Below are positions 1 through 10,402 of a DNA stretch of 64,000 nucleotides, one piece after another (the first letter of the stretch is position 1; each line of letters starts with the position of its first letter). The DNA comes from Gemmatales bacterium (GTDB taxonomy: Bacteria > Planctomycetota > Planctomycetia > Gemmatales > HRBIN36). Under the pieces are notes generated by a model. The model did no database searches. It was not told the DNA's origin and saw only the letters and a list, made by a program, of their open reading frames with translations. Position numbers and translations under genes: made by a program. The DNA is taken from NCBI GenBank assembly GCA_041640595.1, contig JBEPZY010000001.1, forward strand, positions 736,001 through 800,000, read 5' to 3'.

Positions 1-11
1 ACCCCATCACC

Positions 12-1232
12 TTGACGCGACCCATGACCGAGGTGCTGGTGGGCACCAGTCGAATTCTTGATAAGCTGTTGAAACTTTTTCGGCCAATCTCCTGGGGATT
101 ATGGGTGCGTCCTCATATAGTGCCGCTGGCGAAATCGTTGTACCCTGACATACCGGTAAACGACCCAGCCTGGCTCAGCGCTGGAGATACCGTCCTGGTC
201 AATGCTCGCTGGATTCCACCAGAACAGTTAAGGTTAGAACCTTTTTATTCTATGGGTGTTTGTGACAACGTCCCGGTCATATTTCGCCTCGATCGCGATA
301 TGCTACGCACTGTTGCATACGATTGGCCTTTGCAACTTGATCACCTAAGCTCGGATATGCGGATGCAACCTGTCAGCGGAACGGTTATACATTTTCCCTG
401 GGAGTTAATCGCGCTCAACGAAAATCTTATAGCAGAAGAGGCGGCACTCTGGTTGCAGAAGGAGAAAAACCATTTTCGCCACGAGGGGATAACCATCCAC
501 GGCGACCCACTTAAGGTTTATGTTGCCCGGGAAGCGGAACTAGAGCCGCCTATTGTTTTCGATACGCGGCACGGTCCAGTCATAGTGGACCTGGGCGCGC
601 AGATTCATAGCTTCAGCCGCCTGGAAGGTCCCTGCTATATTGGCCCAGGGTGTATAATCCTTAGTGCTCGTGTTCGTCGCGGTACTAGTATCGGTCCAGG
701 TTGTCGAGTCGGTGGCGAGGTAGAAGCCACCATCCTTCAGGGCTGGAGTAATAAGTACCATGACGGTTTCATCGGCCATTCCTGGATAGGCGAGTGGGTA
801 AACATTGCTGCCGGCGTACAAATCAGCGATTTGCGACATGATTACAATCCCGTACCTATAACGCATGGCGGCCAGCGGCATAATAGCGGCATGTTAAAAT
901 TGGGCGCGCTCATCGGAGACCACACTAAGATCGGCCTAGGTGTCCTCGTGAACACGGGCAGTAAGTTTGGCATTTTCTGCAGCATCTTGCCCTGGGCGGG
1001 TTATGCTCCCAACTTCGTACCTTCTTTTTGCCGATTCACTCGCGGAGAGATACGTTCCTGCGACGACCTCGAAGAGCATTTAACCGTGGCCTCCAGGGTC
1101 ATGCAAAGGCGTGGCCAGGAACTATCGCATGAGCTGGCTGATCTATACCGCCACGTTTACTTACGTTCTGCTTCCGAGCGGCTAAGCTACACTGCGGGAA
1201 CTAGCAAATGGGCGTTGCGCGCTACTGCGTAA
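12..1232 (+). CDS. GlmU-like sugar nucleotidyltransferase with left-handed beta-helix (hexapeptide) C-terminal domain; probably 5'-truncated by the window edge
   Basis: N-terminal LTRP..E..VG motif; hexapeptide repeats (GPCYIGPGC, IGPGCRVGGEV); NKYHDGFIGHSWIGEWVN motif typical of this family. The frame is open to the window start. Confidence 0.75.
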   Translation: MTRPMTEVLVGTSRILDKLLKLFRPISWGLWVRPHIVPLAKSLYPDIPVNDPAWLSAGDTVLVNARWIPPEQLRLEPFYSMGVCDNVPVIFRLDRDMLRTVAYDWPLQLDHLSSDMRMQPVSGTVIHFPWELIALNENLIAEEAALWLQKEKNHFRHEGITIHGDPLKVYVAREAELEPPIVFDTRHGPVIVDLGAQIHSFSRLEGPCYIGPGCIILSARVRRGTSIGPGCRVGGEVEATILQGWSNKYHDGFIGHSWIGEWVNIAAGVQISDLRHDYNPVPITHGGQRHNSGMLKLGALIGDHTKIGLGVLVNTGSKFGIFCSILPWAGYAPNFVPSFCRFTRGEIRSCDDLEEHLTVASRVMQRRGQELSHELADLYRHVYLRSASERLSYTAGTSKWALRATA

Positions 1233-1485
1233 GAGGTCAGCGTATATGGTGTAGTAATTGCCTCTATAGCGCGATCGAGAATCCGCGAGTGTTCAGACCT
1301 AATCCGCAGTTTAGATGCCAGCGGCGCTCCTCTTGTTAGCGCTCCACGAATCCTGGTTGCTTCTATACATTCGAACGAACGGATGTACGCTGTATTTAGC
1401 GATGCTTGCCATTTGCTTTGTTGGTTCATAATCGTCTTTAGAATCAATCAGGTAGGCTCACGGACAAATTGACAGGGAGACATTC

Positions 1486-2367
1486 ATGAAACTGGCCATT
1501 GATTCGTACTGCTATCATCGCTACTTCGGCGAATTTTACGAAGGCCTGCAAGAAGACATTCGAGAACGACGCACTGTCTGGCAAATCTTGGACCGTGCCA
1601 AACGGCTAGGTTGTGCGGGAATTTCCCTCGAATCATGTTACTTGCCAGCGCAGGAACCGCAATTCCGCGAGGAGCTAAAAGGGGCTTTGCAACGTAAGAA
1701 TTTAGAGGTGGTGTGGGCGTGGGGGCATCCTAATGGTTTGTATTCCGGTACGAACGCCGAGGCGGAAGCTGACCTTGTGCGTCACATAGAATATGCCCGG
1801 GAGATAGGTGCCAAAGTGATGCGAATTGTTGGCGGGAGCTGGCGAACGAAGCCACCACGCTGGAACGAACATCGCCGGCTGATGCTTGCAGCGTTGAAAC
1901 GGATCATTCGACACGCTGAACGAGTTGGCGTCGTTTTGGCTCTCGAAAATCATCTCGACATAACTGCCGACCAGTTACGCGAGTTGATGCAAGCGACCAA
2001 CTCACCTTATTTAGGTGTTTGTTTAGATACGGCGAACAATTTGCGGATGTTCGAGTATCCAGTGGAGGTGGCAGAAAAGCTGGCTCCGTGGGTGCGAGCC
2101 ACGCATATCAAGGACGTAACCGCCTACAGGGGTGATCCACGAACGTTTGGCTTCTGGCCCAGCGTACCACTCGGAGAGGGGGCGGTAGAAATTCCGCGAA
2201 TCCTGGAGATATTGCGAAGTGTCGGCTATGCAGGTCTGCTTGCCATCGAGATTGACTTTCTTCATCCTCGCTATAAATCGGAAGATCGTGCAGTAGCTCG
2301 TAGTGTTCGCTACCTAAGTTCCTTATTAACGAGCATGAACATAAACCATCTTAAAAACATGCTGTGA
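1486..2367 (+). CDS. Sugar phosphate isomerase/epimerase (xylose isomerase-like TIM barrel)
   Basis: LALENH, CLDTAN, THIKD, PLGEG and AIE metal-binding motifs; GGGAGA RBS upstream of the ATG. Confidence 0.8.
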   Translation: MKLAIDSYCYHRYFGEFYEGLQEDIRERRTVWQILDRAKRLGCAGISLESCYLPAQEPQFREELKGALQRKNLEVVWAWGHPNGLYSGTNAEAEADLVRHIEYAREIGAKVMRIVGGSWRTKPPRWNEHRRLMLAALKRIIRHAERVGVVLALENHLDITADQLRELMQATNSPYLGVCLDTANNLRMFEYPVEVAEKLAPWVRATHIKDVTAYRGDPRTFGFWPSVPLGEGAVEIPRILEILRSVGYAGLLAIEIDFLHPRYKSEDRAVARSVRYLSSLLTSMNINHLKNML

Positions 2368-2403
2368 ATAGCTAAACGGCTAGTGCTGCATGCTCAGTGG
2401 TAT

Positions 2404-4803
2404 CTAGGCAGCAAGATTATCACGGTTGGCGTTAAGGCCGTCGGGCTGCGATAACCCGTCGGCCAACTGAGTAGAGCCATGCTCGCGATTCATCGAAACC
2501 ACCGTGTTGGTGTTATCACTCCATCGGCGACGGTACCACCATAGTAAGGCTGCCGGGACTAGTATGGGGCGAACTACAAACGTTTCAAGCAATACGCCAA
2601 TCGCCAGCGCCAGTCCCAGTTGAGTTAATGTAACCAATTTGCTTAAAATCATCGTGCTAAAAGCCCCGGCCATGATTAGTCCACAGATACTGATAGTTGC
2701 CCCTGTGCGAGCCAAAGCGTGAACAATTCCCTGAACGGCTCCCAGACGGCGTTGCTCTTCACGAATGCGACTCATCAGGAAGATGTTATAGTCTTCGCCG
2801 ATAGCCACCAGAATGACGAAGAGAAAGTAGGGGACTTTCCAATCGGTAACACCGAGTTCCGTACCTAGCCAGAAGGTGCCCAGCCAGCTTACCGCACCTA
2901 GCGTGACGAAATAGTTAAGGAGTACGGTGGCCAACAAATAAATGGCCCAGCCGAGGCTTCGTACCACGGCGATAAGAATGGCTAAAATGCCGAGTAAAAC
3001 CAGTGTATTCACCCGCCAGCGGTCTCGCTCATGCACCTGCGCCAGGTCTGCGGTAAAGGAGGTAATCCCGTAAACCGCAAATCGCACGAACGGGCATTGC
3101 CCGTGGGCAAGGTAATCCTGCAACGTTTGGCGAATTTTCGCTAAAGTGGCAACGCTGGCAGGGGAGAATGGGTCGGAACCTAAAACAATTTCCAGTCGCG
3201 TTACCCATCCCGTGGCATGCCGGCTTAGGTAATAAGAAGTAGCTAACTGAGTGCTGAGCCAATCGAGGCTGTGAGACAGTCCAGGAAGACCAGCCGGGCT
3301 GGCACCAGATGAAGAGGAAACTACCGACCGGCGTCCCAAAGGATGTGCCCAACTGCGAACTTCCAGTACATTGTCTATTCCCGCCAGCACTCCGCTGACC
3401 TTTTGTACAGCCTGCCGCAAAGTTGCGGAGGATGTCTCTTCGGGAGCGATCAGAAGAACGGTGAGTGGCCCGATTTCCCCCGCAGGGAAATGCTGGCGGA
3501 TGATTTCCATACCCTGTCGGCTTTCGGCCTGGGGGCTGAGTTCGGCACAAACGTCCATCGTGGCACGGTTGCAGGCACCGGAGCATGCTAAGGGTACCAG
3601 CACAAAAGTCGTGGCGAGCCAGATGGTTCCCGGTCGAGCCGCGAGTCGTTCACTGATCCATCGCCAAAAGTGCCCAATCGTTTCATGGCTGGGAACCCTG
3701 TGACGCCCGGCGACAACCTCTGGGCGACGCCAGGCAGTCAGGCTCAGCAAACAGCCAGGAGCCAACGTCAGAGCAGCAACCAGGCAGATTGCCAGGCTTA
3801 CAGCAACATACGGACCCACCGCGCTGACACGCGCAAATTCCGCAAAGGCCATCATCGCTAAACCAAAGATCACCACGCCGGCACTGGCAAACAAAGCCCC
3901 GCCCACTCGGCGAAGCGTGACTTCCATAGCCTCGACAGGTGACCGGTAAGTCAGCTCCTCGCGGAAACGGCCCAACAAGAAAAGGCAATAATCGGTGCCG
4001 GCTCCGAACAGCACAACCACCACGAATATCCGCGCTATGTTGATCAGCGGTACGCCGAAAATGGCGGAGATTATTTCCAGGCATTTCAACGATACCCAAA
4101 CGGCTGTGCCAACAGTTAACACTGGTACGAGAGCCATGCTAGGGTCGCGGTAAAGCACCAGCAGCAAGCCTACCACCAGCGCCAACGTGGCCCATGTGGT
4201 AACGTCGAGACTGTGATACATGGCTTCATTTAAATCCCGGCCGAATCCAGCCGTGCCGGTTACCGTAAGCTGGACAGGTGGTTCAGCGGGATAAGCAGCA
4301 TTGTGAGCCTGAACGAGCGTGGCAGTAACCGCTTGCACAGATTGGACGGCTTCGCTGGCACGATCGTGAACAAAAGGCCAATTGACATCCACGATGACCA
4401 GTGTGCATTTTCGATCGGCACTAACCAAGCGCCAGCCAAACCAGGGCGAGTTCCAGGAGCGGATTTTTCCAAGACGAAATTCCGGATGTTGCCGCCGCAA
4501 TTGTTCGATGGCCCTTTCTACGTGTTGCACCAACTGTTGTTCCGATTTTCCCAGGGGAGTATCGCGATGCAGAACCAGGACGATGGAACTTTCAGCGACG
4601 TCTTCATCGAAACACTGACGCAGTAATTGGTACCCCTGAACAGTCGGGCTGTGTTCGGGTAGGAAATCACCGCTGTCCGGGGGCATGTAGGGAGCCAGGC
4701 AGTTCGCCAGCACCGTTACAATTAGGGCCAGAAGTCCCCAGACGGCAACGACTATCCACGGACGGCATAGAAGTGGCCGTAAAAATGTACACGACATATC
4801 CAC
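2404..4803 (-). CDS. MMPL/RND family lipid transporter
   Basis: Duplicated architecture with FGAGTDYCLFLLGRFREE and AIGEDYNIFLMSRIREE signatures and about 12 hydrophobic segments. Confidence 0.9.
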   Translation of the reverse strand: MDMSCTFLRPLLCRPWIVVAVWGLLALIVTVLANCLAPYMPPDSGDFLPEHSPTVQGYQLLRQCFDEDVAESSIVLVLHRDTPLGKSEQQLVQHVERAIEQLRRQHPEFRLGKIRSWNSPWFGWRLVSADRKCTLVIVDVNWPFVHDRASEAVQSVQAVTATLVQAHNAAYPAEPPVQLTVTGTAGFGRDLNEAMYHSLDVTTWATLALVVGLLLVLYRDPSMALVPVLTVGTAVWVSLKCLEIISAIFGVPLINIARIFVVVVLFGAGTDYCLFLLGRFREELTYRSPVEAMEVTLRRVGGALFASAGVVIFGLAMMAFAEFARVSAVGPYVAVSLAICLVAALTLAPGCLLSLTAWRRPEVVAGRHRVPSHETIGHFWRWISERLAARPGTIWLATTFVLVPLACSGACNRATMDVCAELSPQAESRQGMEIIRQHFPAGEIGPLTVLLIAPEETSSATLRQAVQKVSGVLAGIDNVLEVRSWAHPLGRRSVVSSSSGASPAGLPGLSHSLDWLSTQLATSYYLSRHATGWVTRLEIVLGSDPFSPASVATLAKIRQTLQDYLAHGQCPFVRFAVYGITSFTADLAQVHERDRWRVNTLVLLGILAILIAVVRSLGWAIYLLATVLLNYFVTLGAVSWLGTFWLGTELGVTDWKVPYFLFVILVAIGEDYNIFLMSRIREEQRRLGAVQGIVHALARTGATISICGLIMAGAFSTMILSKLVTLTQLGLALAIGVLLETFVVRPILVPAALLWWYRRRWSDNTNTVVSMNREHGSTQLADGLSQPDGLNANRDNLAA

Positions 4804-5086
4804 TACCAGGCCAATGGAGGTTGTTCCGTAGCGGCTAAATAAGCATTGCGCAGTAGTGCCGTGCTAGCAGCGGGAGGCATTTTGCGGGCTGGCGCATGCG
4901 TTGGGTTCCCTGCTGGTTCGGGCGAATCCACTAAGGGTTTTCAGATGAACCGTTCTTACCTGGAATCCGCAGGCAGGTAAAGAGCGTTTGCCCAAGGGTT
5001 GTTGACATCCTGCAAGCTGGGGAGCAAAACAGGCCGGGTGCCTGGGCGAAACCGGAGGTGCTGCGTACAAATGAAGAGGAATCGAA

Positions 5087-7009
5087 ATGTTCGGATACCA
5101 CGGCCAGTATCTGCGCATTGACGTCAGCACAGAACAAGCGGAATCTGTGCCACTGCGGGAGAGCGTGTTACGGGATTTCCTGGGTGGTGTTGGGCTGGGG
5201 GCATGGTTGTTGCTCCGCGAGTGGCCGGAAGCGTTAGTTCGTTCAGCAAAGGGGCCTGTTCCGTGCGATGAGAGCAGTTGGTATCAGGCTGTGCAAAATG
5301 CCTTGAGCCCATCCGCTCCGTTTATTTGCGCTTTCAGTCCGTTGATAGGTTCGCCGGTGACCACGTCGGCGAAGTTCGCGCTGGTGGCTTGTTCGCCGCT
5401 CACCGGTCGGTTCAACGATGCGCTGTGTGGTTCCCAGTTTGCCCTGGCTGGTAAGCGGACTGGCTACGACGCTCTGGTAATTCGTGGCCGGGCTGCTGAG
5501 CTATCGGTGCTCCTGATTGACGAGAACCAGGTTCGGTTAGTGCCAGCAAAACACCTCGCAGGGCTCACTGCATCCCAGGCGGAACAATTCCTGCGAACCT
5601 GGTTGGGCGAAGACTGGGCATTTTTAGTCATCGGGCCGGCCGGAGAAAATGGCGTTCGTTACGCCGGCGTGAGCCACGGACATCGGCACGCGGGAAGAGG
5701 GGGTTTAGGAGCGGTATTGGGAGCGAAGCGGATCAAGGCAATTGGCGTGCGTGGTCGGCAAAGCGTGCGGTTTGCCCGGCCGCAAGCCCTGGCTGAGTAT
5801 GCACGGGAATTGTCGCGGCGTTCGCTGGGACCAGCCACGGAAAAATACCGCGAACTCGGCACGGTTGCCAATCTATCGGTATTCCACCGTCTAGGAATCC
5901 TCCCCCAACGCAATTTCCAGCACCAACCAGGCAAACGCGAACCGGAGAGTGAGCCAAATCAGGGCGGAACAAGCTACCTTGTAGCTGAATTGCAGCGATT
6001 GCTGCAGGGCGGTGAGAAAAGGATTCGCCAGGGGTGTGTCGCCTGCACGATCGGTTGCGAACACATTTATGCGGGTCCGGAACCAGTGCGGCTGGAGTAT
6101 GAAACGGCGTTTGCCCTGGGGCCGATGTGCGGCCTGTACGATGCCCGGGAAGTTCTGCAGCTCGCCTGGCTCTGCGATGAATTGGGAATGGACACGATTT
6201 CTGCTGGCGGGACACTGGCCTGGGCGATGGCCTGCGCGGAACGCGGCTGGTTGCCGGAAGTGGACTTGCGTTTCGGGGATGCGACGGGGATGCGACGCTG
6301 GCTGATCAAAATCGCCAGGCGTGAAGGTTTCGGAGATTTGCTGGCCGAGGGTAGCCGGCTCGCGGCTGCTCAGCTGGGCAAGGAAGCTCTGGCTATTGCC
6401 ATGCATTGCAAGGGGCTGGAGCTGCCGGGTTATGATGTTCGGCGGCTGCGTCATCTGGCATTAGGTTTAGCCGTTACCGCGCGGGGTGCCGACCATAATC
6501 GCTCCAGCGCCTACGATGCCGACTTTTCCATCGAGGGACAGCGCGACCAACACCCCGAAAGCTGGGCCGCACGCGTGGTCGAATGTGAAGATCAGGCGGC
6601 ATTGTTAGACTCGCTCATCCTTTGCAAGTTTCTCCGCCATGTCATTGCTGATTGGTTCGAGGAAGGAGCACGGATTTTGCAACTGATCACGGGCTGGGAT
6701 GTTTCAGGCAAGGAGTTGCGGCAGACGGCAAAGCGGATTGTTCAGGCCAAAAAGTTGTTCAACCAATGGGTTGGCTGGACGCAGGCAGAAGATATGCTGC
6801 CCGAAATGCTCTTTGCGACCGCGAGCCAGTTCTCGGAGCAGCACGGAGGAATGTTACGCACATCGGAGAGCCCACCGCACTCGGAACATTGCTTGCGACG
6901 CGATGAGTTTCTGCTGGCACGCCAGGCTTATTATCGGTTACGCGGCTGGGATGATGCGGGCCGGCTTGCTGAATCAGATGTGAACAAACTCCTGCAAAGC
7001 CTAGCCTGA
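5087..7009 (+). CDS. Aldehyde:ferredoxin oxidoreductase (AOR family, tungstopterin/4Fe-4S)
   Basis: N-terminal GYHGQYLRID; SPLTG, GYDA, IGPAGE and AGRGGLGAVLGAK motifs; CVACTIGC plus LCKF Fe-S cysteines; DELGMDTIS; YYRLRGWD at the C-terminus; GAGG RBS. Confidence 0.9.
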   Translation: MFGYHGQYLRIDVSTEQAESVPLRESVLRDFLGGVGLGAWLLLREWPEALVRSAKGPVPCDESSWYQAVQNALSPSAPFICAFSPLIGSPVTTSAKFALVACSPLTGRFNDALCGSQFALAGKRTGYDALVIRGRAAELSVLLIDENQVRLVPAKHLAGLTASQAEQFLRTWLGEDWAFLVIGPAGENGVRYAGVSHGHRHAGRGGLGAVLGAKRIKAIGVRGRQSVRFARPQALAEYARELSRRSLGPATEKYRELGTVANLSVFHRLGILPQRNFQHQPGKREPESEPNQGGTSYLVAELQRLLQGGEKRIRQGCVACTIGCEHIYAGPEPVRLEYETAFALGPMCGLYDAREVLQLAWLCDELGMDTISAGGTLAWAMACAERGWLPEVDLRFGDATGMRRWLIKIARREGFGDLLAEGSRLAAAQLGKEALAIAMHCKGLELPGYDVRRLRHLALGLAVTARGADHNRSSAYDADFSIEGQRDQHPESWAARVVECEDQAALLDSLILCKFLRHVIADWFEEGARILQLITGWDVSGKELRQTAKRIVQAKKLFNQWVGWTQAEDMLPEMLFATASQFSEQHGGMLRTSESPPHSEHCLRRDEFLLARQAYYRLRGWDDAGRLAESDVNKLLQSLA

Positions 7010-7196
7010 GCCAATGACCGCGATCGAGAGGCTGTTTTGGACAACTCGCGTTGGAAGCATTGCTGGGAAACATCCTGCTGGCTGTGGCTGGCACACAACA
7101 CTTTCAGTCGGCTGGCGGAAGATCGGCCCTGACCTATCCGCACTTTTGGGCCTCGGATAAAAGCGCTCCGAGAAGGGCATTAAGTGCCTCGGCTAG

Positions 7197-7224
7197 TTGA
7201 CGGCCAGGCATGGCGGTATAGACT
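7197..7224 (+). promoter_or_regulatory. Candidate sigma70-type promoter for argBDF
   Basis: TTGACG-N16-TAGACT about 40 nt upstream of the argB ATG. Confidence 0.35.
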
Positions 7225-7264
7225 TTACCATTCCTTTGCCGCAGGCAAAAACACGGAAACCAAA

Positions 7265-8149
7265 ATGCACGACGCCATTCGCAAAGCCGAAGTCCTGATC
7301 GAAGCGCTGAGCTACATCCGGCAATTTCGCGACCGGATCACTGTCATCAAACTCGGCGGTAGCGCCATGGAAGAAACCGAGGCGCTGCAGGCGACTTTGC
7401 AGGATGTGGTATTTATGGAAACGGTAGGCATGCGTCCGGTGCTGGTACACGGTGGTGGCAAGGCCATTGATCGTGCCATGGCACGCAGCGGACTGACGCC
7501 AAAAAAAGTCCAGGGACGCCGCATCACAGACGAAGCGACCTTGCAGATCGTCGTGCAGGTTTTGCGGGATGAAATCAACACCGACATCGTGCACCGGATT
7601 CAACAACTGGGCGGGCGGGCCATCGGTTTGCACACCGGCTCGATGCGAGCGCTGTATGGAGAACGGCTGCGCTTGCAGGGCGAAAACGGCGAAACTATCG
7701 ATCTGGGTCGAGTTGGCCGGGTGACTCGTGTGGACACCGACCTGATTCGCAACATCTGCTCAGCCGGGGTGGTGCCGGTGATTCCGTCGCTGGCGGTTGG
7801 CGACGATGGCGCCTGGTTGAACGTGAACGCCGACACCGCAGCCGCTGCCGTCGCTGCCCATTTACGTGCTGAGAAACTGGTGTTTCTCACCGACACGCCG
7901 GGCCTGCTTCTCGACCGGAATGATCCCGGTTCGCTGCTGAGCAGCATTACCGCCTCGCAGTGTCGGCAACTGATCCGCGACCGCGTCATTGAGGAAGGCA
8001 TGATCCCGAAAGTCGAAGGTTGCCTCGAAGCTCTGGCTGCCGGTGTGCGTAAAACCCACATTATTGACGGCCGAATCCGTCATTCTTTGCTGCTGGAGAT
8101 TTATACCGACCGGGGTATAGGAACCGAAATCGTGCTGGATCCATCCTGA
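7265..8149 (+). CDS. argB: Acetylglutamate kinase
   Basis: LIEALSYI, VIKLGGSAM, VHGGG, GRRITD, NVNAD, GMIPK, HIIDGR and GIGT motifs; start taken at the ATG at 7265. Confidence 0.95.
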   Translation: MHDAIRKAEVLIEALSYIRQFRDRITVIKLGGSAMEETEALQATLQDVVFMETVGMRPVLVHGGGKAIDRAMARSGLTPKKVQGRRITDEATLQIVVQVLRDEINTDIVHRIQQLGGRAIGLHTGSMRALYGERLRLQGENGETIDLGRVGRVTRVDTDLIRNICSAGVVPVIPSLAVGDDGAWLNVNADTAAAAVAAHLRAEKLVFLTDTPGLLLDRNDPGSLLSSITASQCRQLIRDRVIEEGMIPKVEGCLEALAAGVRKTHIIDGRIRHSLLLEIYTDRGIGTEIVLDPS

Positions 8150-8195
8150 CGCTGTCAGTGCAATTGGCTATTTGCCACCGAGTGAGGGAACCACC

Positions 8196-9431
8196 ATGGC
8201 TCACAACGGCCATCTGAGTTCGCAACAGGTAATAGAGCTGTTTTCGCGCTATGTCATCGGCAATTATCGGCGTTTTCCGGTGTGCCTGGTGCGTGGCGAG
8301 GGTTCCTACGTCTGGGATGCGGAGGGAAACCGCTACCTGGATTTGTTCCCCGGTTGGGGTTGCAATCTGCTGGGGCACTGTCCGCCACGAGTCGTGCAGG
8401 CAGTGCGGGAGCAGGTAGGCGAATTGATCCATGTCCCCAATACCTGGTACATGGAGGCTCAGGGGTTACTGGCAAAAGCGTTGAGCGAGCGAAGCTTCGG
8501 TGGGCAATGCTTTTTCTGCAACAGCGGTGCAGAAGCCGTGGAAGCGGCGATCAAGCTGGCGCGGTTGCATGGCCGACCCAATCGTTACAAAATCATCGCC
8601 ATGCTCAATAGTTTCCATGGCCGAACCTTCGGAGCGTTGAGCGCCACCGGTCAGCCGAAATATCATCACGGTTTCGAGCCGTTGCTGCCTGGATTTCGGC
8701 ACGTACCGTTTGGGGATGCGGACGCGGTTGCGGAAGCCATTGACGATGAAACTTGCGCCATTCTGGTAGAACCGGTGCAGGGCGAAGGAGGCATTCGCAT
8801 TTCGCCCCCGGACTATTTGCCAGCGTTACGTCAACTGGCCGACCAGCATAATTTGCTCCTCATTTTTGATGAAGTACAAACCGGCTTAGGGCGAACCGGA
8901 AGGTGGTTTGCCTACCAGCACTGGGGCGTGGAGCCGGACGTGATGACGTTGGCGAAAGGACTGGCCGGCGGGCTTGCCGCAGGGGCAGTTATTGCCCGCA
9001 AAGAAGTCGCTGACCGACTGCAACCTGGTATGCACGCAGCCACCTTCGGAGGAAATCCGATTGCCTGTCGGGCCGCTCTGGCTGCTATAGATACGATTGA
9101 AAATGGCGACTTACTGGCTCGAGCCGGGGTGATTGCAGAGCGGTTTCGAGAGCACCTGCTCGACCTGCAACAGCGTTGCCCACTGATACGCGAAGTGCGA
9201 ATCCTGGGGGCGATGATTGGCATCGAGTTGCATGGCGACGGCACCCCGATCGTTCAGGCGTGCCTGGAGAAACGGCTATTGGTCAATTGCACGCAGCAGA
9301 CAGTAATTCGCCTCTTGCCGGCCCTGACCATCACGGACGACGAAATTGACAGGGGATGCGAGATTCTAGCGGATGTTCTAATGAGTGCAGCCCATCAGCC
9401 CGCAGTTGCCACTACTTCCAGTCCAAGGTAG
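8196..9431 (+). CDS. argD: Acetylornithine aminotransferase (class III PLP)
   Basis: NSGAEA, FHGRT, EPVQGEGG, DEVQTGLGRTG, TLAKG and TFGGNP motifs; lies between argB and argF. Confidence 0.93.
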   Translation: MAHNGHLSSQQVIELFSRYVIGNYRRFPVCLVRGEGSYVWDAEGNRYLDLFPGWGCNLLGHCPPRVVQAVREQVGELIHVPNTWYMEAQGLLAKALSERSFGGQCFFCNSGAEAVEAAIKLARLHGRPNRYKIIAMLNSFHGRTFGALSATGQPKYHHGFEPLLPGFRHVPFGDADAVAEAIDDETCAILVEPVQGEGGIRISPPDYLPALRQLADQHNLLLIFDEVQTGLGRTGRWFAYQHWGVEPDVMTLAKGLAGGLAAGAVIARKEVADRLQPGMHAATFGGNPIACRAALAAIDTIENGDLLARAGVIAERFREHLLDLQQRCPLIREVRILGAMIGIELHGDGTPIVQACLEKRLLVNCTQQTVIRLLPALTITDDEIDRGCEILADVLMSAAHQPAVATTSSPR

Positions 9432-9442
9432 GAGAAGTTGCC

Positions 9443-10402
9443 ATGCGTCATCTGCTCAGCCTGCTTGATTTAAGTCCGCAAGAGTTGAGAGAACTTATCG
9501 CCGTTACGGTGCAGCGGAAAAAGCGAAAGCGATCGGAGACACCGCTACGGCAATGCGTTTTGGGGCTGATTTTTGAGAAACCGTCCCTGCGAACGCGCGT
9601 CAGCTTCGAGGCTGGCATGGCCCGACTCGGTGGCAGCAGCATCTTTCTCAGCGGTCAGGAAGTTGGCCTCGGTGTGCGTGAAAGCCTGGCCGATTGTGCC
9701 CGCACGCTGAGTCAGTACGTGCAGGGGATCGTCTTGCGCGTATTTCGGCACGAGACGATCGAGGAATTTGCCAGGTACGCCAGTGTGCCGGTGATAAACG
9801 GCCTGAGCGATCGCGAACATCCGTGCCAGGCGGTCGCCGATTTCGTGACCATGACCGAGTTGCTAGGTGATCTCTCAGGCCGCACAGTGGCGTTTATCGG
9901 GGATAGCAACAACATTGCCCGGTCGCTGGCCATTGGTTGTGCCATGCTGGGTATGCGCTGGCATCACGCTTGCCCGCGGGAGTTTCGGTTTGAGCCGGAC
10001 TTTTACCCCGGTTTGCAGCAGCAATTTCCGCAAGCGGTACTGCGGTATTTTGACGAACCGGCGGAAGCCGTGCGTCAGGCCGATGTCATTTATACCGATG
10101 TCTGGACGAGCATGGGTCAGGAGAACGAACAGGCTCGGCGGCGGCAAGCATTTGCCCAATTCCGGGTGGATGCAGAATTGCTGAAACATGCGCCGGCCCA
10201 TGTGCGGATTATGCATTGCTTGCCGGCACATCGCGGCGAAGAAATTACTGACGAAGTGCTCGACGGGCCGCACAGCGTTGTTTTCCAGCAAGCCGCTAAT
10301 CGAATGTATGCACAAGAAACGCTGCTATTGTGGTTGCTAGGGAAATTACGGAGAATCGCTCCTACTTCGCGCCGGCGTTTGCGCAGTGGGCGAAATACCT
10401 GA
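9443..10402 (+). CDS. argF: Ornithine carbamoyltransferase
   Basis: FEKPSLRTR carbamoyl-phosphate motif, HPCQ, TDVWTSMG, HCLP; GGAGA RBS before the ATG at 9443. Confidence 0.95.
   Translation: MRHLLSLLDLSPQELRELIAVTVQRKKRKRSETPLRQCVLGLIFEKPSLRTRVSFEAGMARLGGSSIFLSGQEVGLGVRESLADCARTLSQYVQGIVLRVFRHETIEEFARYASVPVINGLSDREHPCQAVADFVTMTELLGDLSGRTVAFIGDSNNIARSLAIGCAMLGMRWHHACPREFRFEPDFYPGLQQQFPQAVLRYFDEPAEAVRQADVIYTDVWTSMGQENEQARRRQAFAQFRVDAELLKHAPAHVRIMHCLPAHRGEEITDEVLDGPHSVVFQQAANRMYAQETLLLWLLGKLRRIAPTSRRRLRSGRNT

Noticed and set aside
4804..5086. Moco/tungsten-cofactor riboswitch upstream of the AOR gene
   Set aside because: A hairpin exists at about 4951-4986 and TTGACA at 5002, but I could not match the conserved riboswitch motifs by eye. 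An Infernal/Rfam search would be needed.
10346..10402. 57-bp convergent overlap of argF and lhr as a regulatory feature
   Set aside because: Short 3' overlaps of low-complexity tails are common, and there is no further evidence.
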